Shown here in pieces: positions 1-10,395 of a DNA stretch of 64,000 nt. The number at the start of each line of letters is the position of its first letter. Positions within the stretch are counted from its first letter, which is position 1. The notes below the pieces were generated by a model. It was not told the origin of the DNA. It searched no databases and worked only from the letters and a program-made list of their open reading frames with translations. Position numbers and translations under genes: made by a program. Location of the stretch: the NCBI GenBank assembly GCA_965216565.1, contig OZ244170.1, forward strand, positions 1,248,001 to 1,312,000, written 5' to 3'. Origin of the DNA: Bythopirellula sp. (GTDB lineage Bacteria > Planctomycetota > Planctomycetia > Pirellulales > Lacipirellulaceae).

Positions 1-708
1 ACGGCTCGCGACTGGTGGCTTGCAGGGATGTCTGGGTTGTTCTTGGCCATGCACTTTGCCACCTGGATCTACTCTTTGAGTTTTACCTCGGTTGCCATCA
101 GCGTGGTGATGGTGAACACCGCTCCGCTGTGGGTGGCTCTCTTCACTCCTATGGTAACCTCGGATCGAATCTCCGGGCCCATGGCAGTGGCTGTGGGGTG
201 TTCGGTTCTGGGGGCGGCCGTGATTGGTTTTGGCCTCCTCGATCAATCCAGCACCTCCAACAATCTGCTGGGAATTGTATTGGCGACGATGGGTGGAATC
301 GGATTGGCCGGCTACCTGCTTTTTGGGAGAGAACTGCGTAGCAGACACTCGCTGTGTGTGTACGTAACGGTCTGCTACGGAACGGCCGCTGTCCTGACGT
401 GGGCACTCGTCCTTCTGACGGGGCAAAAGGTTACGGGCTTTACCGCAGGGACGTGGAGTGCATTGCTAGGAGTGGCACTCATCAGCCAAGTCTTAGGACA
501 CTCATTGAACAATTGGGCTCTTCGGTTTCTTAGCAGTTCCGTCGTTGCGGTGGCCCTATTGGGCGAACCGGTGCTCTCTTCAATATTTGCCTTCTTTCTA
601 TTTGATGAGGCGATCTCCTTCGTTCAAGTATTTGGAGCAGCGTTGGTACTGATCGGGATCTATCTCGCCACACGGACAAGATCTTGGGCACCCGAGAACC
701 GGCTCTAA
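1..708 (+). CDS. DMT/EamA-family transporter (5'-partial; frame open from base 1)
   Basis: Very hydrophobic, two EamA-like halves; motifs NTAPLWVAL, GHSLNNWAL, LGEPVLS. Confidence 0.85.
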   Translation, partial: TARDWWLAGMSGLFLAMHFATWIYSLSFTSVAISVVMVNTAPLWVALFTPMVTSDRISGPMAVAVGCSVLGAAVIGFGLLDQSSTSNNLLGIVLATMGGIGLAGYLLFGRELRSRHSLCVYVTVCYGTAAVLTWALVLLTGQKVTGFTAGTWSALLGVALISQVLGHSLNNWALRFLSSSVVAVALLGEPVLSSIFAFFLFDEAISFVQVFGAALVLIGIYLATRTRSWAPENRL

Positions 709-1370
709 GTGATTCTTTTTCAGCTGATGACTCAGAGTCTCTAGAAGCCGACGGAGCCGTAGAGGTTCCTCTAGTTTGTCCTCTTAAGAGCCATCACTGT
801 CTCTCAATACCTATCAGGAGCTATTTGTCCCAACTAGTTGCTCAAAGGAGTTGGTGTGATACAGTTGGCATCAATCTTACAGCTAGGGGGTGTCTTCACA
901 CATGCAACTGTATAGGATTCTCTTGGTTGCAAGTCTACAAACTGTTTGATGAATATCTCTCTTAAGCTGTAAGGTGCTTGTTTAGTTTTGTTAGCCTAAT
1001 GGTTGCTAACCCAAAGTGTGGTCATCGCCTTGGCGAATCGGAAGCGTTTGCAACTGCTTTCCGTCAGCTTTAAAGGTGGCGGTGTGCGAAAGCATGGGGA
1101 GATTGTGTTTGAGCTTTGGGACAACTTCCGAGAAATCATTATAAATCGCGTGACGACGATCAATGTTTCTCACCGCGTCGAGTGTAAAGTGAGGGTGGCG
1201 TTGGCTAACCTCGCTATGTTCCCCTAAGGCCGCTATTTCCAAATCGATTGTAGACCATGCATTCTTTTCTCGTGTTCGATGAGATCTTCATCGGGGACGA
1301 CTCTTTTTTCTCGAAGAGGCTAGTTTTGAGCACAATCTGGAGCCTTAAGTGGACGGAAGGAGAACGATGC

Positions 1371-1399
1371 TTGCAATATTTTTATATATCATTTAATAT
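1371..1399 (+). promoter_or_regulatory. Putative sigma70-type promoter (TTGCAA-N17-TAATAT) upstream of the 1509-10388 gene run
   Basis: TTGCAA 1371-1376, 17-nt AT-rich spacer, TAATAT 1394-1399, about 110 nt before ATG 1509. Confidence 0.4.
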
Positions 1400-1508
1400 A
1401 TGGGCTCGTGCTGTGATTATCAGACTATTTTCGTTGCACTATGCATTTATTCCACGCTGCAGACAAAAAGATCACATTCCGGATGGCTGGCCTTAGGGAA
1501 TTGATTTC

Positions 1509-2585
1509 ATGAAAAGAGTAAGGTGGGCCGTATTGGGAGCGGGGGGTATCGCACGTCGAAGAACCATTCCCGAGGGTATTCTCCCAGCCAGAAACGCTGA
1601 GTTGGTTGCTGTTTATTCGCCGCGGAGTGGTGAGGAAGTAGGAGGGCAGTTCGAAGTTCCCGCCGCATCATCGGAAGAACATCTTTTCGAGTTCAACTTC
1701 GACGCAGTCTATGTGGCGAGTCCAGTTGACTGTCACCTTGGCCAAGTTGTGATGGCTTCAAGCGCGCGTAGGCACGTTCTATGCGAAAAGCCACTAGCGT
1801 TGTCCGTAGACGAGTCGCAGCTTATGGAGGATTCATGCGTGAGCAATGGCGTCATCTTGGGAGTAGGGTTTATGATGCGATATCATCCGCTGCACTGCGA
1901 GGCCGCTCGGATAATCCAACGTGGAGAGATTGGTCGCATCATAAGTGCTCGAGCTCAGTTCTCATGCTGGTATCCTCCAAACAGGCTTGCATGGCGTCAA
2001 GTTAAGAGTCGAAGCGGAGGCGGCCCCCTTCCTGACATTGCGACCCATTGTTTTGATCTATTAGAAATGATTCTAGGCCAGCAAATCGTAGAAGTGTTTT
2101 GTGTGGCACGCAACCAGTGCTTTCGCTATGAAGTTGAGGACACCGCAATCGTTACTCTCAGCTTGGATGGAGGAGCAGTTGCTACCGTTGATTGTTCTTT
2201 CGCCCGACCTGACAACGCATCGCAGAATCGTCTGGAGGTCTATGGTTCCCAGGGTGCGGTCATCTTGGAGGATACCTTAGGTCAAGAATCGATTGGATCG
2301 CTCCGCTGGCTACCATCCCCGACGGACGAAAACCCTCTTAGTGGTGCTAGAGAATATGAGAAACTGTCGTCTACAGCTGCACAGAGAGAGGTCGTCAACA
2401 TGTATCAAGCGGAAATCGAAGCATTCGGCGATGCAATACTCCACGGTAGTGATATATCAATTACCGGACGGCAGGGTGTTCACATTCAACAAGTCCTTGC
2501 CGCGTGCTATCAATCCGCACGTGAGAGTTGTATGGTTGCGACAAGCTCTTGTAGCACCGGATCAGCTTCGAATTCCGTTTACTAG
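1509..2585 (+). CDS. Gfo/Idh/MocA-family NAD(P)-dependent oxidoreductase
   Basis: Rossmann GAGGIA, HVLCEKP, GGGPLPDIATHCFD. Confidence 0.9.
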   Translation: MKRVRWAVLGAGGIARRRTIPEGILPARNAELVAVYSPRSGEEVGGQFEVPAASSEEHLFEFNFDAVYVASPVDCHLGQVVMASSARRHVLCEKPLALSVDESQLMEDSCVSNGVILGVGFMMRYHPLHCEAARIIQRGEIGRIISARAQFSCWYPPNRLAWRQVKSRSGGGPLPDIATHCFDLLEMILGQQIVEVFCVARNQCFRYEVEDTAIVTLSLDGGAVATVDCSFARPDNASQNRLEVYGSQGAVILEDTLGQESIGSLRWLPSPTDENPLSGAREYEKLSSTAAQREVVNMYQAEIEAFGDAILHGSDISITGRQGVHIQQVLAACYQSARESCMVATSSCSTGSASNSVY

Positions 2586-2617
2586 TTCACCTGTTTTGTC
2601 TTTAGAAAGGTTAGCCT

Positions 2618-4549
2618 TTGTCCTTCGTACAGCTGAACCAATTGCTGGTGGGTAATGCCGTTCAGTTGCAGGCAGTCGACTGGACGATAATCGCGATTTT
2701 CTTCCTAATCGTGATCTCGATTGGCTTTGTCGCCTCTAAGACGGCGAGCACAAGTTCCTCTGAGTTTTTCTTGGGGGGGCGGGGGATGCCCTGGTGGTTG
2801 TTGGGCATCTCGATGGTGGCGTGTACATTTGCCGCTGATACGCCAAATCTCGTTACCGAAATGGTCCGCAAAGATGGCGTCTCCAAGAATTGGGCCTGGT
2901 GGGCATTCTTGATTACCGGCATGGTGACGGTATTTATCTATGCAAAGCTCTGGCGGCGCAGTGAAGTGACGACAGATTTGGAGTTTTACGAACTTCGCTA
3001 CAGTGGGAAACCGGCTTCGTTCTTACGCGGATTTCGATCTATCTATCTTGGAGTGTTTTTCAATGTGCTGATCATGGCAACCGTCACATTGGCAATCATC
3101 AAGTATGGCTCATTGTTGTTTGGCGCCGAGAAGTGGGAGTGTGTCCTCTATGGCTCGCTCGGGGTAGTCATCTACGCCACCCTGGGCGGACTGAAAGCGT
3201 GCATTTGGGCTGACTTTTTTCAGTATAGTGTAGCGATGTTTGGTGCGGTGTATGCCGCGATCTTTGCTGTCACAGAGGCAGGCAGATCAGCCGCTTCCAA
3301 GGCAATCGAATTGGGCACGCTAACGTCAGATCAGGCCGCTGATTTTGTGCGTGACTACTCGATGAGTGACCTGCTGCAGGAAGCAGATGTTGCCTCGAAA
3401 ATCAGTATTTTTCCAGACTTTTCTGATCCCAGCCAGTGGGTTCCCCTCCTGTTGATACCGATCGCGGTGCAATGGTGGTCTGTGTGGTATCCCGGTGCTG
3501 AGCCTGGAGGTGGTGGATACATCGCTCAAAGAATGCTCGCTGCAAAAGATGAACAGAACGCTATCGGTGCAACTCTCCTTTTCAATTTTGCCCACTACGC
3601 TCTGCGGCCTTGGCCTTGGATTGTTGTGGCATTGGCTTCTCTGGTTTGTTTCCCAGAGGTCGCGGACATGAAAGCAGCATTCCCACACCTTAGCGAGAGC
3701 GTGCTCGCCCACGACATCGCTTATCCGGCCATGATCTCGAAACTGGGACCCGGATTTCTTGGCGTCGTCATGGCATCGATCATTGCGGCCTATATGTCAA
3801 CAATCGGTACGCACCTCAACTGGGGGTCTTCCTACGTGGTGAACGATTTCTATAAGCGTTTTGTTCGGCCCGAAGCATCTGAAAGAGATTTAGTCAGAAT
3901 GGGTCGCATCTGTACTATTGTTCTCATGCTGTTCGCGGGAGGGCTTTCACTAGTCTTAACAAGCGCGAAGCAAGCGTTCGACATTTTATTGTTGTCGGGG
4001 GCTGGGTCTGGGGCGATCTATTTGTTGCGGTGGTTTTGGTGGCGGATCAATGCGTGGTCAGAGATTCTCGCGATGGCTATCTCAGCAGCGCTTGCTTTTA
4101 CACTCGTGTTGTATGTAAGCGACGAATCTATGGCGCGGGGACCTGTCGACGGTTTTACGATGAAGCTGATGGTCTCTGTTGCAATCACATCGGTGGTTTG
4201 GTTAGCCGGCACTTTTCTCACTCAGCCTGAAGATACAGAAACGCTGCGTCGCTTCTTTCGCAAGTGTCGTCCTGGTGGGCCTGGCTGGGCGAAAGTCGTT
4301 GCGACTGCTCGAGCAGAGGGAGACTACATCGATGACACAATCCACGGCCAAGCCTGGGAAATGCCAGTGCAGTTGCTTTGTGTGTTCCTCGGTTGCATCG
4401 CAATTTACAGTGCCCTCTTCACGATAGGTGGCATTCTCTATGGCCATTGGGTTCAGGTTTCCATCTTGGGGATTATTGCGTTGGTGAGTACTGGTTTTTT
4501 GTTCAAACTGTTTGGTCGGCTTAGAGTGGATCGAACTTCAAACGAGTAG
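2618..4549 (+). CDS. Sodium:solute symporter (SSS) family protein
   Basis: FFLGGRGMPWW, GGLKACIWADFFQ, YIAQRMLAAK, AAYMSTI; many TM helices; TTG start uncertain. Confidence 0.9.
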   Translation: MSFVQLNQLLVGNAVQLQAVDWTIIAIFFLIVISIGFVASKTASTSSSEFFLGGRGMPWWLLGISMVACTFAADTPNLVTEMVRKDGVSKNWAWWAFLITGMVTVFIYAKLWRRSEVTTDLEFYELRYSGKPASFLRGFRSIYLGVFFNVLIMATVTLAIIKYGSLLFGAEKWECVLYGSLGVVIYATLGGLKACIWADFFQYSVAMFGAVYAAIFAVTEAGRSAASKAIELGTLTSDQAADFVRDYSMSDLLQEADVASKISIFPDFSDPSQWVPLLLIPIAVQWWSVWYPGAEPGGGGYIAQRMLAAKDEQNAIGATLLFNFAHYALRPWPWIVVALASLVCFPEVADMKAAFPHLSESVLAHDIAYPAMISKLGPGFLGVVMASIIAAYMSTIGTHLNWGSSYVVNDFYKRFVRPEASERDLVRMGRICTIVLMLFAGGLSLVLTSAKQAFDILLLSGAGSGAIYLLRWFWWRINAWSEILAMAISAALAFTLVLYVSDESMARGPVDGFTMKLMVSVAITSVVWLAGTFLTQPEDTETLRRFFRKCRPGGPGWAKVVATARAEGDYIDDTIHGQAWEMPVQLLCVFLGCIAIYSALFTIGGILYGHWVQVSILGIIALVSTGFLFKLFGRLRVDRTSNE

Positions 4550-4561
4550 GGACTATCAGTC

Positions 4562-5677
4562 ATGCGGACTTTCCTGAGCATCTTCACCTTGGCACTTGCG
4601 CTCCATTTCACACTTGTTAGCGGCAATGCGGCAACTGGGTCCGATTCAAATAACAAAGTGTTCATTGGCTATGTTTCGGGCATGGCAAAAGATATTAATT
4701 ACAAATTGTATACGCATCTCTGCCATGCCTTTGTTGTGGCTGAGAAGGATGGGACGCTTCTGCCACGAGAAAACGTTCCCAACCATGTGCTCTTACGCGA
4801 CGCCCACAAAGCAGGTGTGAAAGTTTTGCTTTCTCTTGGCGGTTGGGGATGGGACGAGAATTTTTCCGCCATGTCACTCGACTTGGCAGCAGAAGATCGA
4901 TACGTGGCCTCGGTAATGGCTATTATTGAAGAATACGACTATGACGGAATCGATTTGGATTGGGAGTATCCCGATACCAACATTGAAATTGTGGGCTTTG
5001 AACGCTTATCTAAGAAGTTTCGTAATTTGCTTGACGCCTTAGGTCGGAAAAAGAAGCGTCCCATGTTGCTTACTATGGCAACCGCCGCGCACCCGACGAC
5101 TCTGGATTGGCTGAGTAACGAGTTCTTGTTGGAGAACATGGATTGGATCAATGTCATGACCTACGATTATTGTGGCAGTTGGTCGACTTTCGCCGGGCAC
5201 CATTCGCCGCTGTTTGCGTCTACAAAGCTCACTGAGAAAGAAGTGCTTTCGACAAAATTGACGATCGACTATCTCATTAAGAATCGCGAGTTTCCAGCAG
5301 ATCGCATCGCACTTGGGCTGCCTCTTTATGGTCGGGGTTTTGCTGTTTCTGAGCCCTACGTCGCCACAACTGGAGCTCCGAAACCATCCAACGATTCGGC
5401 CAATTACAAGCAGATCCCGGATCTAATTCGCAAAGAGAAATGGGTTCGTCACTGGGACGACGAAACCAAGACCCCTTGGCTCGTTTCACCGGATAGCGGA
5501 GACATTATCGGCTACGATGATGCCAAATCGATTTCCATTAAGACCCAATGGGCCATAGACCGAGATTTGCGTGGAGTATTTTTTTGGCAAATCGATGGCG
5601 ACCGTTTGAGAGATGGCAGCAATCCGCTCCAAGAAGCGGCACATAAAACTATTTATGAGAAACGTCCAGGTTCATGA
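4562..5677 (+). CDS. Secreted GH18 chitinase-like glycoside hydrolase
   Basis: Signal peptide; SLGGW; catalytic DGIDLDWEYP (DxxDxDxE); VMTYD; GLPLYGR; GVFFWQ. Confidence 0.93.
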   Translation: MRTFLSIFTLALALHFTLVSGNAATGSDSNNKVFIGYVSGMAKDINYKLYTHLCHAFVVAEKDGTLLPRENVPNHVLLRDAHKAGVKVLLSLGGWGWDENFSAMSLDLAAEDRYVASVMAIIEEYDYDGIDLDWEYPDTNIEIVGFERLSKKFRNLLDALGRKKKRPMLLTMATAAHPTTLDWLSNEFLLENMDWINVMTYDYCGSWSTFAGHHSPLFASTKLTEKEVLSTKLTIDYLIKNREFPADRIALGLPLYGRGFAVSEPYVATTGAPKPSNDSANYKQIPDLIRKEKWVRHWDDETKTPWLVSPDSGDIIGYDDAKSISIKTQWAIDRDLRGVFFWQIDGDRLRDGSNPLQEAAHKTIYEKRPGS

Positions 5678-6870
5678 ACACATCAACTGTTGATCACCAA
5701 ACAAATGTGGCCGACCCGTCACTAGGCACGAACCGCATCGAGCGCATCTTGATTACCGAGGTTATTGTGCCGGCCCGAAGTGGAGCGGTGAATAGCAATG
5801 GAATCAACGAGCCGCTTCATAAACTGCCTGTTGCTGGCGAACCCGCGTGGAATAAACAGTTCGACGAATTGCCGAAAGCAATTATAGAGGTATTCTGTGA
5901 GGATGGGACGGTTGGGCTTGGTGAATTCTACCGGGACCACGATTGGCGGATTCTAGACAACGTAGCGGAAACACTGGTTGGGCAGTCCCTTGCCGATCTT
6001 CCCAGGGCTGGTTTGCCCATTGCCCATTGTCGTGAGTACGACGGATTTGAATGTGCCATCTGGGATGCATTTGCTAAGGTTCACCACTTAAAACTGGTAG
6101 ACCTTCTTGGAGGAAAGGTTCGCGACCAAGTTGTGGTTAGCGCCTGGTCAGGCCATCGTACGGTAGACGACATTCAGCCTGTCGTCGAACAGTTTGATTC
6201 ACAAGGATACAACTGTGTAAAGTTCAAGTGTTCTTTGGAGGACGATGTCGTCGGGTGGTGCCGAAGTATTGCGGATCATGCCCCCGGTATGCAGGTGATT
6301 CTGGATCCCAATGAACGTTGGGAGCGTCCTACCGAGGTAAGAAAAAGAATCGATCAGTTGAGCGAGGTCGGCAATCTGCTCTGCTTGGAAGACCCTCTTC
6401 CACGTTGGATGCTTCACGCGTACTCACAGTTGAAGAATTACTCGAGCGTATCGATAGTGTTGCACGTCTCGCTGCCTTACATTCATCACGGACAGCGCAT
6501 TCACGATGCAATTGCAGCGCTTCAGCTTTCGGCTGTAGACGGTTTTAATTTCAATGGAGGACTGGCCGCGTTTCAGAAACTCGATCATGTGGCCGCGGCT
6601 GCCAATCTCCCCTGCTGGCATGGGTCGGAAATTGATTTAGGCATCCTGGAGGCTATGTATTTGCATCAGTGTGCCGCAGCAGAGAGTTGCCTCTGGCCTT
6701 CGGATATCTTCGGCCGATTGATACGCGAGCACGACTTGCTGACAAAGCCGCTCGACATCCAGCCTCCATACGCCCAATTGCCAAAGGGCCACGGCTTGGG
6801 TGTCGAAATCTGCCGCGAGGCTCTGCAACACTATCAAACCCAAGTGCGTGAGTATCGAATCAGCAAATAG
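5674..6870 (+). CDS. Enolase-superfamily (mandelate racemase/muconate lactonizing enzyme family) protein
   Basis: VGLGE capping domain, AIWDAFAK, KFK motif, ILDPNE, LEDP, PKGHGLGVE; ATGA overlap with upstream GH18. Confidence 0.88.
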   Translation: MNTSTVDHQTNVADPSLGTNRIERILITEVIVPARSGAVNSNGINEPLHKLPVAGEPAWNKQFDELPKAIIEVFCEDGTVGLGEFYRDHDWRILDNVAETLVGQSLADLPRAGLPIAHCREYDGFECAIWDAFAKVHHLKLVDLLGGKVRDQVVVSAWSGHRTVDDIQPVVEQFDSQGYNCVKFKCSLEDDVVGWCRSIADHAPGMQVILDPNERWERPTEVRKRIDQLSEVGNLLCLEDPLPRWMLHAYSQLKNYSSVSIVLHVSLPYIHHGQRIHDAIAALQLSAVDGFNFNGGLAAFQKLDHVAAAANLPCWHGSEIDLGILEAMYLHQCAAAESCLWPSDIFGRLIREHDLLTKPLDIQPPYAQLPKGHGLGVEICREALQHYQTQVREYRISK

Positions 6871-6899
6871 TCTGCCAGCCAACTATTGATAAGAAAAAC

Positions 6900-7295
6900 A
6901 TGTCGAATTCTTTCAAGCAAGTTCCAGAAGGTGCAGCTCAACATCGAAATGCGGGACCGTATTCGCCCGTGTTAGAGGTTCGAGCAGAGAATCTGGTCGT
7001 GATTTCCGGACAGGTGGCAGTAAACCCAGATGGGGAGGTTGTCTCCGATTTGCTTGAAGAGCAAGCAAGATATACCTTGGAAAACTGCCAACGACAGTTG
7101 AAAACGGCAGGATGCTCGTTTGCCGATGTATTCAAAGTAAATGCGTATCTGGTGGACTTGGAACACTGGCCTCGTTTTAATGCAGTCTATGAATCGTACT
7201 TTCCAGAACCTCGTCCTGTTCGCACTGCTATTGGAGCTGCGCTCTTGCCAGGTTTTCTCGTAGAACTAGAAATGTGGGCAACGAAACCGGCATGA
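6900..7295 (+). CDS. RidA/YjgF/UK114-family enamine/imine deaminase
   Basis: GPYSP, ISGQV, FNAVY, PVRT (conserved Arg), VELE. Confidence 0.9.
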   Translation: MSNSFKQVPEGAAQHRNAGPYSPVLEVRAENLVVISGQVAVNPDGEVVSDLLEEQARYTLENCQRQLKTAGCSFADVFKVNAYLVDLEHWPRFNAVYESYFPEPRPVRTAIGAALLPGFLVELEMWATKPA

Positions 7296-8050
7296 TTTGG
7301 CAGGAACTTAATAGTACCGACTTTGCTCGCATAGATAGTCGCACGCCGGTTATTCTGCCAATCACTGCCGTCGAGCAACATGGCCCTCATCTGCCAGTAG
7401 CAACAGATCGCTTGATTGCAGAGCATTTTTCAATGCTGTTACACGAGAAAAATGAAAATGGTGTTTTAATTTTGCCGACGGTTAGCGTTGGTTACTCCGA
7501 GCATCACATGGACTTTGCGGGCAGCATGACGCTGCGACACGAAACGCTCATCGATGTTGCTGAGCAGTATTTGGAATCCGTCGTCCGTCACGGATTTCGG
7601 AACTTTATCGTGCTCAATTCGCATGGTGGGAATCAAGGAGCCTGTCAGGTTTTGCTCGAACGATTTGGCGCTGCGCGTCCTAATTGCCGGGTAGTTGTCG
7701 CAACATGGTGGAATGTGGTGGCTGATCGACTTCTGGGGCTCAATGAAAGCGGACCAGGAGGCATCGGTCATGCCGGTGAGTTTGAGACCTCACTCATGCT
7801 AAACATAGCACCGCACCTTGTGAGAATGGAGGCAGCCCAGCCACGGGCAAACGTGCCAACTTACCCTTGGGCAGAGGGAGACTTAATTCGTGCTCCACGA
7901 GCAAAGCTTTATCAAACGATGAAAGAAATGACACCCAATGGAGCATTCGGCGATGTTTCCAATGCTTCTGCCGAGAAGGGGAAGCAAATTGCAGCCATCG
8001 TTACCGAAGCACTGAGTAAGATTGTGATTGACCTCGCATCGAAAGCATAA
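7292..8050 (+). CDS. Creatininase-family metal-dependent amidohydrolase
   Basis: EQHGPHLPVATD, NSHGGN, HAGEFETS; ATG at 7292 overlaps RidA stop (ATGA). Confidence 0.9.
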   Translation: MIWQELNSTDFARIDSRTPVILPITAVEQHGPHLPVATDRLIAEHFSMLLHEKNENGVLILPTVSVGYSEHHMDFAGSMTLRHETLIDVAEQYLESVVRHGFRNFIVLNSHGGNQGACQVLLERFGAARPNCRVVVATWWNVVADRLLGLNESGPGGIGHAGEFETSLMLNIAPHLVRMEAAQPRANVPTYPWAEGDLIRAPRAKLYQTMKEMTPNGAFGDVSNASAEKGKQIAAIVTEALSKIVIDLASKA

Positions 8051-8137
8051 GAGGTGTGTCGATGAACGTGGACTTTCTTGCAGGCATTTTGGAAGTCTTA
8101 GGATTCTGCAAATCAAATTGAGGAATTGAGTTTCCGA

Positions 8138-8476
8138 ATGGCACTTTCCCAACGAAGCACTAATGGGGAATCGCTCGATTCCACTCCACCGCCCGATATT
8201 GTGTGGATACACAGTCGTCGTGAGGCGTTGATGATTCTTGTGGCAGTCGCGGTTTTTCTATCGTGGACAGTTGGCACATCGTATTACCAGGGCTACGGGG
8301 AAAACGCCGCTACTGATCTTGTCTTGGGAATTCCCGCATGGGTGTTCTGGGGAATCGCGGTTCCTTGGGCAACGGCCGTCGTTGTCTCAATTGTATTTGC
8401 GGTGTGGTTGATCGCAGATGATCCACTAGAAATGGAGAACCCTAAAAACATCGACGAGGACTCCATCGATGTCTGA
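8138..8476 (+). CDS. Small two-TM membrane protein (YhdT/DUF997-like partner of the downstream symporter)
   Basis: Two hydrophobic helices with LGIPAWVFWG; overlaps the SSS gene start, as yhdT does with panF; start uncertain (TTG 8126 or ATG 8138). Confidence 0.65.
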   Translation: MALSQRSTNGESLDSTPPPDIVWIHSRREALMILVAVAVFLSWTVGTSYYQGYGENAATDLVLGIPAWVFWGIAVPWATAVVVSIVFAVWLIADDPLEMENPKNIDEDSIDV

Positions 8477-10388
8477 GCAGTTGGTGGCTGCGGTATCGAT
8501 GTCATCCTCAGGGGCGATATTTGCATTTGTTGGTTACACCGTAGTGGTTCTCGCGCTGGCCTGGCTTTCTCACCGTGTTCGTTCAGGCCGAGCATTTCTC
8601 AACGAATATTATTTGGGTAGTCGAGGACTCACGGTTCTCGCCTTTACGTTCACATTTGGTGCTACCAGTGCCTCAGCCGGTTCGTTTGCAGGGGTTCCTT
8701 CTTTGATCTATGCACACGGATGGAGTGTTGCGCTATGGATATCGAGTTACATGGTGGTGCCGCTGTGTGCCTTGGGGCTGTTGGGTAAAAGGTTAAATCA
8801 AATCTCTCGGAAAACGGGTGCGATTACATTGCCAGACATTCTTCGCGAGAGGTTTAAAAGTCCGCGTATTGCAATCCTCTCGTCTCTTCTTCTCGTGTTT
8901 CTTTTGTCTCTCTATCTAATTCCACAATTCAAGCTGGCAAGCTTAATACTCAATCAATTGCTCTCTGGTTCCGGCATACTAAATGTCCTCAGCGGATGGC
9001 TTAAGTCGCTTCAAACAGAGATTGGATTCGGAGAGAACTTGAATACCGAGTATCTCGTTTGTCTCGTATTTTTCTCTGCGCTCGTGGTCATTTATACTAC
9101 CTTCGGCGGATTCCGAGCGGTTGTTTGGACAGACGTGCTTCAAGGATTCATCATGCTTGCGGGCATTATCGTCCTTCTTTTTTTGACATTACAACAATCA
9201 GGAGGCTTAGCGGCAGCTACTACACTGGTTGGCCAGCAGGTGCCCCCGCGACTTGGATACGTACAGTTTGTGACGGATCAGGTCAGGACCGACGCAGTGG
9301 TGATCCCTTCGGAATCGTGGTTTGAACTCTCTAGCCAAGATGGCCAAATCAAATATTACTGTACGAATGAAACAGCAATCATCACCCCTAGGAAACCTGA
9401 ATCGACACGCATCAAAGCTGTAGAGTTTTCAAGCGCCGAATGGCTTAAAGATTACTTGTCCGATTCCGTTGTTCCGTTACCAGAACACGTATCCCCCGTT
9501 CTTGGGGAGTTTGAAGCCTATGCTTTTGGTGCGAATGAACAGGAGAGCTATCTGCGTTGTCCGGGGCCGAGTCCCGTTAACCCTGTAGGCTTTCTCTCGT
9601 TGGGACTGGCAATCTCAATCTTTGTCTATTGGCCTATTTCCGGGACGGGACAGCCTGGCAACATGGTGCGACTAATGGCATTCCGATCGTCGCTCACGCT
9701 CAAGCGATCGATCATTCTTCTGAGTTTCTATTTCGGCTTTATATACTTCGCACTGATCATCGTCTTTTGCAGTGCACGAGCTATTGTGCCGGGGTTAGAC
9801 CATACGCCAGATCGCATCATGCCGGTCCTATCGTTTCATCTATCAGAGGTAGCTCGAATGCCCTGGTTGGCGGGGCTATTGGTGGCCGCTCCTTTCGCTG
9901 CCGCGATGTCTACGGTCGATAGCTTTATGCTAATGATCTCTTCGTCAGTGGTACGTGACATTTATCAGCGCAACTACAATCCCGCCATATCGGAAAAGCA
10001 AATCAAACGACTCAGCTATCTATGTATGATTCTGATCGGTATTGTGGTGACAGCCGGGGCGGCCAACCCACCACGGTTCATGCAATATCTGATCGTATTT
10101 ACGGGTGGGGGCCTGTCGGTATCATTCTTGATTCCTATGGCAATGGCGCTCTATTGGCCTAGATCAACTGCCAAGGGCGCAACCGCTGCGATGATCTCAG
10201 GATTTCTCGTTTACTTAAGCCTGTACGTTGCCGGATACATTATCAATCACTCTCCACAACCGCTGAATCTCTTGCAGCTCGATCCACTCATATGGGGATT
10301 TGTTGCATCAATTGTGGCTGGGATCCTAGGTAGTTGGGTCGATGGTCCTCCATCGGAAGAATTAGTCGCCAAGTTCTTTCACGCCTAG
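8469..10388 (+). CDS. Sodium:solute symporter (PanF/PutP-like) with a large loop insertion
   Basis: EYYLGSRG, GGFRAVVWTDVLQG, AAAMSTVDS, RDIY; ~130-aa hydrophilic insertion mid-protein. Confidence 0.88.
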   Translation: MSEQLVAAVSMSSSGAIFAFVGYTVVVLALAWLSHRVRSGRAFLNEYYLGSRGLTVLAFTFTFGATSASAGSFAGVPSLIYAHGWSVALWISSYMVVPLCALGLLGKRLNQISRKTGAITLPDILRERFKSPRIAILSSLLLVFLLSLYLIPQFKLASLILNQLLSGSGILNVLSGWLKSLQTEIGFGENLNTEYLVCLVFFSALVVIYTTFGGFRAVVWTDVLQGFIMLAGIIVLLFLTLQQSGGLAAATTLVGQQVPPRLGYVQFVTDQVRTDAVVIPSESWFELSSQDGQIKYYCTNETAIITPRKPESTRIKAVEFSSAEWLKDYLSDSVVPLPEHVSPVLGEFEAYAFGANEQESYLRCPGPSPVNPVGFLSLGLAISIFVYWPISGTGQPGNMVRLMAFRSSLTLKRSIILLSFYFGFIYFALIIVFCSARAIVPGLDHTPDRIMPVLSFHLSEVARMPWLAGLLVAAPFAAAMSTVDSFMLMISSSVVRDIYQRNYNPAISEKQIKRLSYLCMILIGIVVTAGAANPPRFMQYLIVFTGGGLSVSFLIPMAMALYWPRSTAKGATAAMISGFLVYLSLYVAGYIINHSPQPLNLLQLDPLIWGFVASIVAGILGSWVDGPPSEELVAKFFHA

Positions 10389-10395
10389 CCACGCG

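Noticed and set aside
709..1370. Short ORFs in the intergenic gap, including minus-strand MVYNRFGNSGL resembling an aldo/keto reductase N-terminus
   Set aside because: Only ~11 residues of similarity, followed by a stop; no continuation recognisable in other frames
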